Of a DNA stretch of 64,000 nucleotides, positions 37,726 to 46,196 are shown piece after piece. The stretch covers positions 29,361-93,360 of the forward strand of contig CAYTTB010000001.1 of assembly GCA_964440565.1 (NCBI GenBank), given 5' to 3'. Position 1 is the first letter of the stretch, and every line of letters begins with the position of its first letter. The stretch is from an uncultured Thermoanaerobaculia bacterium. Lineage in GTDB: Bacteria > Acidobacteriota > Thermoanaerobaculia > Thermoanaerobaculales > Sulfomarinibacteraceae. The notes under the pieces are model-generated. The model had not been told where the DNA came from, did no database searches, and was given only the letters and a program-made list of their open reading frames with translations. A program made the position numbers and the translations under genes.

Positions 37726-39645
37726 TCAGCGCCGGCGCCGGAAGTCGTACGGGATCGCCACCGAGGCGTAGGTGGACACCGGCACGCCGCCCTTCGTGGC
37801 GGGCCGGAACCGGTACTTCCGCACCGCCTCGGACGCCGCCTCCGGGATCCCGTACCCGGTGTGGTCGGCGCGCAGCACTCGCACCGCCGTCACCCGTCCG
37901 CGGTGATCCACCGTGGCCTGCAGCACCACCACCCCCCGCGCGCGCGAGTTGCGCGCCACCCGCGGCCACTCCACGGGCGCCTTGCGGAGAATCACCGGCA
38001 GGGTGTCCACGGCCTCTGGCGGCACGAAGGCGCCCGGGCGCACCGCCTCGGGCGAGGGCGCGGTGGTGGGCGGAGGGGCGGCGGTGGGGGTGGGCGGGAC
38101 CGCGGTGGCGGTGGGCGGCACGGCGGTGGCGGTGGGTTCGGGCGGCGCGGCGGCGGGGGCCGGCGAGGGCCGCCGGGGAGCGGCCGTGGGCGTCTGCGCG
38201 AGCCGCTCCTGGACCGCGCGCTCGGCCTCGGCGCGCGCCTGCTCCTGGAGCCGGGCGCGGGCAGCCTCCTGCTCCTGCTGGGCACGCGCCAGGCGCTCCG
38301 CCAGCTGCTGCCGCTGCCGGCGCTGCGCCTCGGTCATCTGACCCCGCGCGGCCGCACGCTCCATCTGCGCGAGCTGCGCCTTGAGCCGCTCGATCTCCTT
38401 CTGCCGCTCCTCGAGCTGCCGCTGGACGTCGGCCTGGCGCTCGGCCAGCATCCGCTGGAGCTCCTCCTGGACCATGGCCTCGATCCGCTGCTGCTCCGCC
38501 GCCTTCTTGGCTGCCACCTCCTCCGGGGAGGGCGTGGGCGGGATCGCGGGCCGCGAGAGCAGGCGCGGGCCCAGCACGACCACCGCGGCCGCGGCCAGGA
38601 CCAGCGCCGCGGCGACGGCGATCCAGAGTCCGGAGCGCCCCCCTCTCGCGGCCTCGGCCTCCTCCTCCGCCTCCTCGGCGGGGCGCGCGAACGCCGCCGG
38701 GTCGAGCTCGCGCTCCGCGAGCCGTTCCCGCTCCTCGCGCTCGATGTCGGCGCGGAACAGGCGATCCATGAACAGCGCCAGGTTGAAGGTGGTGGGGCTG
38801 TAGTTGCCGCCGTACAGCAGCTTGTCGAGCTCCTTCTTGAAGTCCGCCGCGGAGCTGAACCGCTCCTCCGGTCGTGAGGCGAGGCTGCGCCGGAGCAGCT
38901 CCATGATGTCGTCGGGCACGGGTTCCTCGTCGTAGGCCACCGTCGCCCGGTCCAGGGCCGCCTCCCGCTGCGCGGGGTCTGCGGGAAGGGGGGAGCCGGT
39001 GAGGAGGTGGTAGAGGATGGCGCCGAGCGAGTAGACGTCGGTGCGCCGGTTGGCGGTGCGCGCGGCCAGCGTCTCCGGCGCCAGGTACGGTGCCACCGCC
39101 TCCCGGAAGCCGGGGTCGTCGAGACCGCCGAGCAACGCGTCGCCCAGCCCGAGACCGGCGAGGATCGCCTCGCCCTCGTTGGTGATCACGACCAAGCCCG
39201 GGTGGACGAGGCCGTGGATCAGCGTGCGCCCGTCGTGCTCGAACGCGAGCCCCGCGGTGAGGGCCAGCGCGAGCTTCTCCATGACCAGGAGGGCGTTGTC
39301 CACCGGCACCGGGAACCCCTCGTCGCGCACGCGCCGGAGCACGAGGGCGAGCGGCTGCCCGGGCACGTGGTCCCACGCCAGCGCCGGCACGCCGTCCACC
39401 ACGTGCAGCTCGCAGCCGGTGGCGACGTTGGCCGCCTTCACCTGCCGGCCGATCTCGTTCACGGTGTCGGCCAGCGCCGCCAGGGACTCGGCCGGCACGG
39501 CCGCGCCGTCGAAGATGCGCAGCCACACCGTCCGGCGCCACTCCCCGTCGCCGAGCTCGCCGGCGCGGTGGAGGTGCCCGAGCTCGTCGTGGAGGATCTC
39601 CTTGAACAGGACGAACTGCCCGAAGGTGGCGTAGTCGGCAGCCAT
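37726..39645 (-). CDS. Predicted pseudokinase (Ser/Thr kinase-like fold) - TM - coiled coil - Pro-rich linker - TonB C-terminal domain
   Basis: ORF 37726..39645, 639 aa. The kinase C-lobe motifs YLAPE and DVYSLGAILYHLLTG are retained. HRD is replaced by HGL (LIHGLVHPGLV) and DFG by AGLG. The TM helix is LWIAVAAALVLAAAAVVVLG. A Gln/Arg/Glu coiled coil follows. The C-terminus matches TonB_C (ARGVVVLQATVDHRGRVTAVRVL...AASEAVRKYRFRPA). Confidence 0.75.
   Translation of the reverse strand: MAADYATFGQFVLFKEILHDELGHLHRAGELGDGEWRRTVWLRIFDGAAVPAESLAALADTVNEIGRQVKAANVATGCELHVVDGVPALAWDHVPGQPLALVLRRVRDEGFPVPVDNALLVMEKLALALTAGLAFEHDGRTLIHGLVHPGLVVITNEGEAILAGLGLGDALLGGLDDPGFREAVAPYLAPETLAARTANRRTDVYSLGAILYHLLTGSPLPADPAQREAALDRATVAYDEEPVPDDIMELLRRSLASRPEERFSSAADFKKELDKLLYGGNYSPTTFNLALFMDRLFRADIEREERERLAERELDPAAFARPAEEAEEEAEAARGGRSGLWIAVAAALVLAAAAVVVLGPRLLSRPAIPPTPSPEEVAAKKAAEQQRIEAMVQEELQRMLAERQADVQRQLEERQKEIERLKAQLAQMERAAARGQMTEAQRRQRQQLAERLARAQQEQEAARARLQEQARAEAERAVQERLAQTPTAAPRRPSPAPAAAPPEPTATAVPPTATAVPPTPTAAPPPTTAPSPEAVRPGAFVPPEAVDTLPVILRKAPVEWPRVARNSRARGVVVLQATVDHRGRVTAVRVLRADHTGYGIPEAASEAVRKYRFRPATKGGVPVSTYASVAIPYDFRRRR
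38089..38151 (-). repeat. In-frame 21-bp tandem repeat (about 3 units) encoding PPTATAV-type linker
   Basis: The units are ggtgggcgggaccgcggtggc, ggtgggcggcacggcggtggc and a degenerate third. They lie inside the Pro-rich linker of the TonB-like protein. Confidence 0.7.
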
Positions 39646-39692
39646 GACTGAACCCTCCTCCCGTCAACGCTAGCACCGGCTCCGGGGAACGG

Positions 39693-40679
39693 TCAACGGC
39701 GGGCCCGGCGCAGCCGGGCCACCGCCCGGAGGTGCTCCTTCAGGGTCCGCGAGAACGCGTGCCCGCCCTCCGGCCGGGCCACGAAGTAGAGGTCGTCGGT
39801 CGCGGCCGGCCGGATCGCCGCGCGCAGCGCGAGGCGGCCGGGCGAGTCGATGGGCCCCGGCGGGAGCCCGGGGTAGCGGTAGGTGTTGTACGGGTCGTCG
39901 AGGGCGAGGTCGGCCCTGAGCAGGCGCCCCCGCCAGGCGCCGCGCAGCTTCAGCGCGTACACCACCGTGGGGTCGCACTGCAGGAGCATCCCGCGCCGCA
40001 GCCGGTTCAGGAACACCCCCGCGATCCGCGGCAGCTCCTCGGGGACGGCGCTCTCGGCCTGGACCATGGACGCCAGGGTCACCGCCTGATACGGCGTCCC
40101 CCACGCGGGGCCGCCGCCGGCGGTCTCCTCGGACCACACCTCGAGGAAGCGGCGGACCATGGCGCGGACCGCGGCGCGGGCGGAGGTTGCGGGGTGGAGG
40201 CGGTAGGTGTCGGGGAAGAGGAACCCCTCGAGGGAGCGCGCCTCGGGCGCGAGGGCGCGGACCGGCGAGGGGTCCGCGACGGCGGCCCGCCACCCCTCGG
40301 CGGTGCCGATCCCCGCCGCCACCATCCGCGCCGCGGTCTCCTCCGCGGTGAGGCCCTCGGGCACCGTGACCCGGATCAGTTCCACCCGGCCCGCCAGCAC
40401 CCGCTCGAGCGCGGCCGCCGGGGTCGTCCCGGGCGGGAACCGGTACGTGCCCCACTGCGGCTGGCGGCCCCGCGCCGCCACCGCCAGCCACACGCGCCCC
40501 ACGGCCGCCGACGGCACCAGGCCGGCGTGGGCGAGCCGGCGCACCACCGCGGCGGCGCCCTCGCCCCGCGGCACCGTCACGACCACCGTCCGCGCCGGGC
40601 CGGGCCGCAGGAGGCACCAGGCGACGACGGCCAGGAGAAGGACCGCGGCGAGGACGGCGAGCCGGAGGGCGCGGCTCAT
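39693..40679 (-). CDS. mltG: Endolytic murein transglycosylase MltG (YceG family)
   Basis: ORF 39693..40679, 328 aa, with an N-terminal TM helix. Motifs LEGFLFPDTY, ASMVQAES and DPYNTYRYPGLPPGPI are present. Confidence 0.88.
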   Translation of the reverse strand: MSRALRLAVLAAVLLLAVVAWCLLRPGPARTVVVTVPRGEGAAAVVRRLAHAGLVPSAAVGRVWLAVAARGRQPQWGTYRFPPGTTPAAALERVLAGRVELIRVTVPEGLTAEETAARMVAAGIGTAEGWRAAVADPSPVRALAPEARSLEGFLFPDTYRLHPATSARAAVRAMVRRFLEVWSEETAGGGPAWGTPYQAVTLASMVQAESAVPEELPRIAGVFLNRLRRGMLLQCDPTVVYALKLRGAWRGRLLRADLALDDPYNTYRYPGLPPGPIDSPGRLALRAAIRPAATDDLYFVARPEGGHAFSRTLKEHLRAVARLRRARR

Positions 40680-41074
40680 CCCGTCCCCGTCAGGAACTCT
40701 TCGAGGAGGATCTGGGCGGCGAGGTGATCCACGGCCTCCCCGGGCCCCAGGCCCGCCTCGCGCGCCCGGGCTCTCGCCTCGCGGGTGGTGAGGTGCTCGG
40801 GCTGGAGGTGGACCGGAAGCCCCAGCACCCGTACCGCCTCGGCGAGCGCCTCGCTCCGCCGGCAGGCCGGGGTGCGCGAGCCGTCGGCGGCCGTGGGGAG
40901 CCCGATCACCACGGCTCTCGCGCCGAGGCGGCGTGCCGCCCCGGCGATGGCCGCGGCGGCCGCCTTCACCCCGCGGTACGGGATCACCTCGAGGGGGGAC
41001 GCGACGCCGGTGGCGGCGTCCCCCACCGCGAGCCCGAGGCGCTTCCCGCCGGGATCCACCCCCAGGTACCGCAC
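40676..41074 (-). CDS. ruvX: Holliday junction resolvase-like RNase RuvX (YqgF)
   Basis: Tail of ORF 40676..41449 from the GTG at 41074 (132 aa). Motifs YLGVDPGGKRLGLAV and VVIGLP are present. The stop overlaps the mltG ATG (ATGA). Confidence 0.85.
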   Translation of the reverse strand: MRYLGVDPGGKRLGLAVGDAATGVASPLEVIPYRGVKAAAAAIAGAARRLGARAVVIGLPTAADGSRTPACRRSEALAEAVRVLGLPVHLQPEHLTTREARARAREAGLGPGEAVDHLAAQILLEEFLTGTG

Positions 41075-41079
41075 CGGTT

Positions 41080-41104
41080 CATTGTACGGCGCCGGGGTAC
41101 AATG
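41080..41104. promoter_or_regulatory. Palindrome CATTGTAC-N9-GTACAATG carrying two divergent TACAAT -10 boxes
   Basis: Lies in the 70-bp gap between ruvX (minus) and the thiolase gene (plus). The minus-strand TACAAT ends 6 nt before the ruvX GTG. The plus-strand TACAAT is followed by an 8-bp hairpin (41107-41125) and GGAGG. Confidence 0.35.
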
Positions 41105-41144
41105 CCCGCGCGGCCAAGCCGCGCGCACTCCCTGGAGGTGAAGG

Positions 41145-42326
41145 ATGGACGAGATCGTCATCGTCGGCGCGGCCAGGACCCCCATCGGCTCCTTTCTCGG
41201 ATCCCTGAGCACGGTGCCGGCGCCCCGCCTGGGCGCGGTCGCCATCAGGGGAGCGCTCGAGCGGGCCGGGGTGGCACCGGAGGCGGTGGAGCAGGTGGTG
41301 ATGGGCAACGTGCTGCAGGCCGGGATCGGGCAGGCCCCGGCCCGGCAGGCCGGCATCCACGCCGGGATCCCCGTGAGCGCGGGGGCGGTGACGCTGCACA
41401 AGGTGTGCGGCTCCGGCCTCCGGGCGGTGATGCTGGCCGCCAACGACATCCGCTGCGGCGACTACCGGATCGCGGTGGCCGGCGGGATGGAGTCCATGTC
41501 CATGGCGCCGTACCTGCTGCCCAAGGGGCGGACGGGGTACCGCCTGGGCAACGGCCAGGTGCTCGATCACGTGGTGTTCGACGGCCTGTGGGACCCGTAC
41601 GGCGACAAGCACATGGGCAACTGCGCCGAGACCTGCGCGCGCCACTACGGCTTCTCCCGCGAGGAGCAGGACGAGTTCGCGCGCCGCTCCTACGAGCGCG
41701 CGCGGGCCGCGGTCTCCGACGGCACCTTCGCGGCCGAGATCGTGCCGGTGGAGGTGCCGGGCCGCAAGGGCCAGGTGACGGTGGTGGAGCGCGACGAGGA
41801 GCCGCTGCGGGCGGACCTGGCCAAGATGCCCAGGCTCCGGCCCGCCTTCGAGAAGGACGGCACGGTCACCGCCGCCAACGCCTCCAAGATCAACGACGGG
41901 GCGGCGGCGCTGGTGCTCGCCAGCGCGGCCACCGCCCGCGAGATGGGGCTCAGGCCCCTGGCCCGGATCGTCGCCCAGGCCGGGGTGGCGCAGGAGCCGG
42001 AGTGGTTCACCACCGCGCCGGTGGGGGCGATCCGGAAGGTGTGCGAGCGCGCCGGTGTCCGGGTCGAGGACGTGGAGCTCTACGAGATCAACGAGGCGTT
42101 CGCGGTGGTGGTGATGGCCGCCATGCGCGAGCTCGATCTGCCGCCGGAGAAGGTCAACGTCCACGGCGGTGCGGTGGCGCTGGGGCACCCCATCGGTGCC
42201 TCCGGCGCGCGGATCCTGGTCACGCTTCTCAACGCGCTCGAGCGGCGCGGCGAGCGGCTCGGATGCGCCGCCATCTGCATCGGCGGCGGCGAGGCCGTGG
42301 CGGTGCTGGTGGAGCGCCTCGGTTGA
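41145..42326 (+). CDS. Acetyl-CoA C-acetyltransferase (thiolase II)
   Basis: ORF 41145..42326, 393 aa. Motifs LHKVCGSGLRAV (active Cys), NVHGGAVALGHPIGASG and CIGGGEA are present. Confidence 0.92.
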   Translation: MDEIVIVGAARTPIGSFLGSLSTVPAPRLGAVAIRGALERAGVAPEAVEQVVMGNVLQAGIGQAPARQAGIHAGIPVSAGAVTLHKVCGSGLRAVMLAANDIRCGDYRIAVAGGMESMSMAPYLLPKGRTGYRLGNGQVLDHVVFDGLWDPYGDKHMGNCAETCARHYGFSREEQDEFARRSYERARAAVSDGTFAAEIVPVEVPGRKGQVTVVERDEEPLRADLAKMPRLRPAFEKDGTVTAANASKINDGAAALVLASAATAREMGLRPLARIVAQAGVAQEPEWFTTAPVGAIRKVCERAGVRVEDVELYEINEAFAVVVMAAMRELDLPPEKVNVHGGAVALGHPIGASGARILVTLLNALERRGERLGCAAICIGGGEAVAVLVERLG

Positions 42327-42339
42327 GCGGGCGGGGAGC

Positions 42340-44451
42340 GTGGCCCGGTCTCGCGCCGCGCTGATCCTGCTGCTCGCCGCGGGCCTGGCCTCCCCCGCGG
42401 CCGGCCAGGGACAGGGCGAGCCGGTGCGCCTGCGCGCCGACCGGCAGGAGTGGGTGCGCGAGAGCTACTGGCGCGGGCAGGGCCACGTGGAGCTGCTCTA
42501 CCAGGACATCAAGATCCGCTGCGACGCGCTCGAGGTGGACCTGGAGACCATGGACCTGCACGCCGCCGGGGGCGTGATCCTCGACCAGGGACCGCGGCGG
42601 TTCACCTGCGACGAGGCGTTCTTCAACCTCAGGACCAAGACCGGCCGCCTGCTCCACGCCTCCGGGACGCTGGAGCCCACCTACTCGTTCACCGCGGAGG
42701 AGGTGGAGAAGCTCGACGAGCGCCGGTACCGGCTCACCAGGGCCACCTTCACCTCGTGCGAGCCGGAGCCGGCGCCTCCATGGCGCTTCTCCGTGCGGCG
42801 GGCGCTGCTCGAGGAGCAGGGGTACGGACGGTTCCACGGTGCCGCGCTCGAGGTGAAGAACTTCCCGGTGCTCTACGTGCCGTACCTGCTGTGGCCGCTC
42901 AAGACCGAGCGTGCCGCCGGGCTCCTGCCGCCGTCGCTGGGGTACTCCGAGCACCGGGGCGCCTACCTCGGCAGCGAGCTGTTCCTCCCGCTCGGCCCCT
43001 CGTACGACGTGACCGTGGCGCTGGACCTGTACTCGCGCGGGACGTTCGGGCTCGGCACCCGCTGGCGGTGGGCGCCGGTGCGGGGCGCGAGTGGCGAGAT
43101 CGACCTCACGACGATCCGCGACGACCGCACGGGACGGTGGGAGTGGAAGGTGGACGGCCGCCACCGCCAGGACGACCTCCTCGGGTTCTCCGCCCTGGCC
43201 GAGGTCCACGACCTCTCCGACCTGGACTTCTTCCGCGAGTTCGAGCGCTCCTACGACCGCAACACGCTGCGTTCCCTGTACTCGTACCTCTACCTCACGC
43301 GGCCGCTCGGCCCGGGCGCGCTCAACGTCCGCCTCGACCGGCGGCGGACCTTCCTCTCCAGCGAGAACGTCATCGAGCTCCACCAGCTGCCCGAGGTGGA
43401 GTGGCGGGTGCGCCCCACCCGGATCGGGGCCACCCAGGCGTACTGGTCGCTCATCGGCTCCTTCAACCTGTTCTCGGTGGACCGGGGTCCGGGGCTCGCC
43501 ACGACCTACGCCCGCGCCGACCTGTACCCGCGCCTCAGCTACTCGCTCCCGAGCCCGCCGTGGCTCTCCATCACGCCCCGGGTGGGGGCGCGCGGGACGT
43601 ACTACACCGCGCGGCTTGCCGATGACCGCCGCACCTACGAGGAGCGCGGGACCGACCGCTCCTTCGTCGAGGCCGGGCTCGACCTCGTGGGGCCCACCCT
43701 GAGCCGCGTGTACGGGGGCTTCGGGCCGTTCGAGCGCCTCAAGCACGTGATCGAGCCCCGGATCGAGTACAGCTACACCTCCGACGTGGGCGACACCTCC
43801 CGCATCCCGCGCTTCGACGAGGTGGACTCCACGCTGGTCACCAACCGCGTCAGGGTGAGCCTCGTCAACTCGGTCCTCGCCCGGGTGAAGGGAGCCTCGG
43901 GGGCTCGCGAGGTGGCCTCGCTGGTCCTCTCCGAGGAGCACTCCTTCACGGATCCCCTCACCCGCTCCCTCGACGGCACCCGCACCTGGAAGCGCGGTCC
44001 GCTCGAGGCGGTGCTGCACCTGAGCCCCACCACCGCGTTCTCGCTCGACGCGCGGCTCGCCTACGACACCGTGTTCGGCGGCCTCCGCTCCTCGGCCCTC
44101 TCCGCCTCCTGGTCGCACCGGGGCCAGTACGTCGCCGCGACCTGGTACGAGTCGTACATCGCCGAGACCGGCGATCGCACGAGCTCCCAGGTCCGCCTCA
44201 CCTCGGGCCTCGGGGCCCCGGGGGGGCCGGTCCGGGTGCAGCTCTCCCTCAACTACGACATCGAGCGGAGCCGGTTCGTCCAGCAGCGGGCGGTGGTGCG
44301 CTACACGGCCAGCTGCTGGGCCGTGGCGGTGGAGTACCGCGACTTCCGCTTCGGCACCTTCCCCACCCGCGACTACCGCATCTCGATAGACTTCAAGGGG
44401 ATCGGCCGCTTCCTCGAGATCCAGGGCGGCCTCGGCGCCCCCACCCGCTGA
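42340..44451 (+). CDS. lptD: LPS-assembly outer-membrane protein LptD (OstA family)
   Basis: Tail of ORF 42169..44451 from the GTG at 42340. A signal peptide (ALILLLAAGLASPAAGQ) and an OstA-N-like region (RLRADRQEW...GHVELLYQDIKIRCDALEVDL) precede a long beta-barrel-like C-terminus. The SD is weak. Confidence 0.8.
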   Translation: MARSRAALILLLAAGLASPAAGQGQGEPVRLRADRQEWVRESYWRGQGHVELLYQDIKIRCDALEVDLETMDLHAAGGVILDQGPRRFTCDEAFFNLRTKTGRLLHASGTLEPTYSFTAEEVEKLDERRYRLTRATFTSCEPEPAPPWRFSVRRALLEEQGYGRFHGAALEVKNFPVLYVPYLLWPLKTERAAGLLPPSLGYSEHRGAYLGSELFLPLGPSYDVTVALDLYSRGTFGLGTRWRWAPVRGASGEIDLTTIRDDRTGRWEWKVDGRHRQDDLLGFSALAEVHDLSDLDFFREFERSYDRNTLRSLYSYLYLTRPLGPGALNVRLDRRRTFLSSENVIELHQLPEVEWRVRPTRIGATQAYWSLIGSFNLFSVDRGPGLATTYARADLYPRLSYSLPSPPWLSITPRVGARGTYYTARLADDRRTYEERGTDRSFVEAGLDLVGPTLSRVYGGFGPFERLKHVIEPRIEYSYTSDVGDTSRIPRFDEVDSTLVTNRVRVSLVNSVLARVKGASGAREVASLVLSEEHSFTDPLTRSLDGTRTWKRGPLEAVLHLSPTTAFSLDARLAYDTVFGGLRSSALSASWSHRGQYVAATWYESYIAETGDRTSSQVRLTSGLGAPGGPVRVQLSLNYDIERSRFVQQRAVVRYTASCWAVAVEYRDFRFGTFPTRDYRISIDFKGIGRFLEIQGGLGAPTR

Positions 44452-44458
44452 CCGGCCT

Positions 44459-44546
44459 TGGCGGAGGGAGTGGGATTCGAACCCACGGAGGCGTGAGCCT
44501 CAGCGGTTTTCAAGACCGCCGCCTTCGACCGCTCGGCCATCCCTCC
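44459..44546 (-). tRNA. tRNA-Ser (anticodon UGA), CCA encoded
   Basis: Hand-folded cloverleaf: acceptor GGAGGGA/TCCCTCC, anticodon stem GCGGT/ACCGC, loop CTTGAAA, long variable arm, T-arm GTGGG-TTCGAAT-CCCAC. Confidence 0.93.
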
Positions 44547-44558
44547 GCTGGCGGGTAC

Positions 44559-44587
44559 TTTACAGCTCCGGGGCGCGGCCCTACAAT
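44559..44587 (+). promoter_or_regulatory. Putative promoter of tRNA-Ser(GCU)
   Basis: TTTACA (44559-44564), a 17-nt spacer and TACAAT (44582-44587). The tRNA starts 14 nt later. Confidence 0.55.
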
Positions 44588-44600
44588 ACGGCGTCCGAGC

Positions 44601-44692
<92 letters not shown>

Positions 44693-44705
44693 GAGCGTGA
44701 GCCCT

Positions 44706-44728
44706 GCCGCCGGAAGGCGGCCTTTCTT
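44706..44728 (+). terminator. Hairpin plus T-rich tract between tRNA-Ser(GCU) and gltX
   Basis: GCCGCC-ggaa-GGCGGC is followed by CTTTCTT. It abuts the glt[11 protein letters not shown]. Confidence 0.45.
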
Positions 44729-44739
44729 GGAAGGAGCCC

Positions 44740-46188
44740 ATGGAGCCCGCACGCACCCGCATCGCCCCCTCCCCCACCGGCGACCCCCACGTGGGCACCG
44801 CCTACGTGGCATTGTTCAACTACGCGCTGGCGAGAAAGAGCGGCGGCGCCTTCGTCCTCAGGATCGAGGACACCGACCGCGAGCGCTCGAGCCCGGCCTC
44901 GGAGCGGATGATCTTCTCCTCGCTCCGGTGGCTCGGCCTCGAGTGGGACGAGGGGCCGGACGTGGGCGGCCCGCACGCGCCGTACCGGCAGAGCGAGCGG
45001 ACCGCGATCTACCGCGAGCACGTGGAGCGCCTGGTGGCCTCGGGCGCCGCCTACCCGTGTTTCTGCACCCGGGAGCGCCTGGCCGCGCTCAGGGAGGAGC
45101 AGCGGCGCGCGAGGTCGAGCTTTCTGGGGTACGACGGCCGCTGCCGGGAGCTCCCGCCGGAGGAGGCGGCGCGGCGCCGGGCGGCGGGAGAGCCACACGT
45201 GATCCGCCTCGCGATGCCGCGCGAGGGCGAGACGGTGGTCCGCGACCTGCTGCGCGGCGAGCTCCGGTTCGACAACGCTCAGGTGGACGACCAGGTGCTG
45301 CTCAAGAGCGACGGCTTCCCCACCTACCACCTGGCCAACGTCGTGGACGACCACCTGATGGGGATCACGCACGTGATCCGGGCGGAGGAGTGGCTCTCCT
45401 CGCTTCCCAAGCACGTCGTGCTCTACCGGGCCTTCGGGTGGGAGCCGCCGGTGTTCTGCCACCTGCCGCTGCTGCGCAACCCGGACCGCTCCAAGATCTC
45501 GAAGCGGAAGAACCCGGTGTCGCTCGAGTACTACCGCCGCGCCGGGATCCTCCCCGAGGCGCTGCTCAACTACCTCGCGCTGATGGGGTGGGCGATGCCG
45601 GACGGGCGGGAGGAGTTCGGCCTCGAGGAGTTCGTGGAGGCGTTCGATCCGGCCAGGATCTCGCTCGGCGGGCCGGTGTTCGACCTGGAGAAGCTCACCT
45701 GGCTCAACGGCCGCTACCTCAGGCGGCTCACCCCGCGCGAGTGGCTGGGGCGCCTGAAGGCGGTGCTGCTCGACGACGCCTACCTGGAGCGGGTGATCGG
45801 GCTGGTGAGGGAGCGGATCGACCGGCTGGAGGACCTGTTCGACTACGGGCAGTTCTTCTTCGTGGGCGAGGTGGAGTACCCGGAGGGGGCGCGCCGGAAG
45901 CTGGTGCTCGGCGACCGCACGCCGGCCCAGAGCGCCAAGGTGCTCCGGCTGCTCGTCGAGCGCGCGCTGGATCCGATCCTGGAGTGGGAGGCCGGGCGGC
46001 TGGAGACGGCGGTGCGCGCCTTCGCCGAGGCCGAGGGGCTCGCGGCCAGGGAGCTGTTCATGGCGATCCGGGTGGCGGTGAGCGGGCGGACGGCGACGCC
46101 GCCGCTGTTCGAGACGATGGCGGTGCTGGGCAAGGAGACCTGCCGGCGGCGGCTGCAGGCCGCGATCCGGCTGCTCCGCTCGATGTAG
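44740..46188 (+). CDS. gltX: Glutamate--tRNA ligase
   Basis: ORF 44740..46188, 482 aa. Motifs [15 protein letters not shown] (HIGH-type) and KISKRK (KMSKS-type) are present. Confidence 0.93.
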   Translation: MEPARTRIAPSPTGDPHVGTAYVALFNYALARKSGGAFVLRIEDTDRERSSPASERMIFSSLRWLGLEWDEGPDVGGPHAPYRQSERTAIYREHVERLVASGAAYPCFCTRERLAALREEQRRARSSFLGYDGRCRELPPEEAARRRAAGEPHVIRLAMPREGETVVRDLLRGELRFDNAQVDDQVLLKSDGFPTYHLANVVDDHLMGITHVIRAEEWLSSLPKHVVLYRAFGWEPPVFCHLPLLRNPDRSKISKRKNPVSLEYYRRAGILPEALLNYLALMGWAMPDGREEFGLEEFVEAFDPARISLGGPVFDLEKLTWLNGRYLRRLTPREWLGRLKAVLLDDAYLERVIGLVRERIDRLEDLFDYGQFFFVGEVEYPEGARRKLVLGDRTPAQSAKVLRLLVERALDPILEWEAGRLETAVRAFAEAEGLAARELFMAIRVAVSGRTATPPLFETMAVLGKETCRRRLQAAIRLLRSM

Positions 46189-46196
46189 GGGGAGCG

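Noticed and set aside
38089-38151. 21-bp tandem repeats that at first glance resemble a short repeat array
   Set aside because: There are no spacers, and the units are in frame inside the TonB-like gene. They encode a PPTATAV linker, so this is a coding microsatellite rather than CRISPR.
44697-46196. N-terminal 500 codons of the 1065-aa ORF that ends as glnS
   Set aside because: This part overlaps gltX out of frame and is Arg/Gly/Pro junk. GlnS homology begins at the ATG at 46197, behind its own purine-rich tract.
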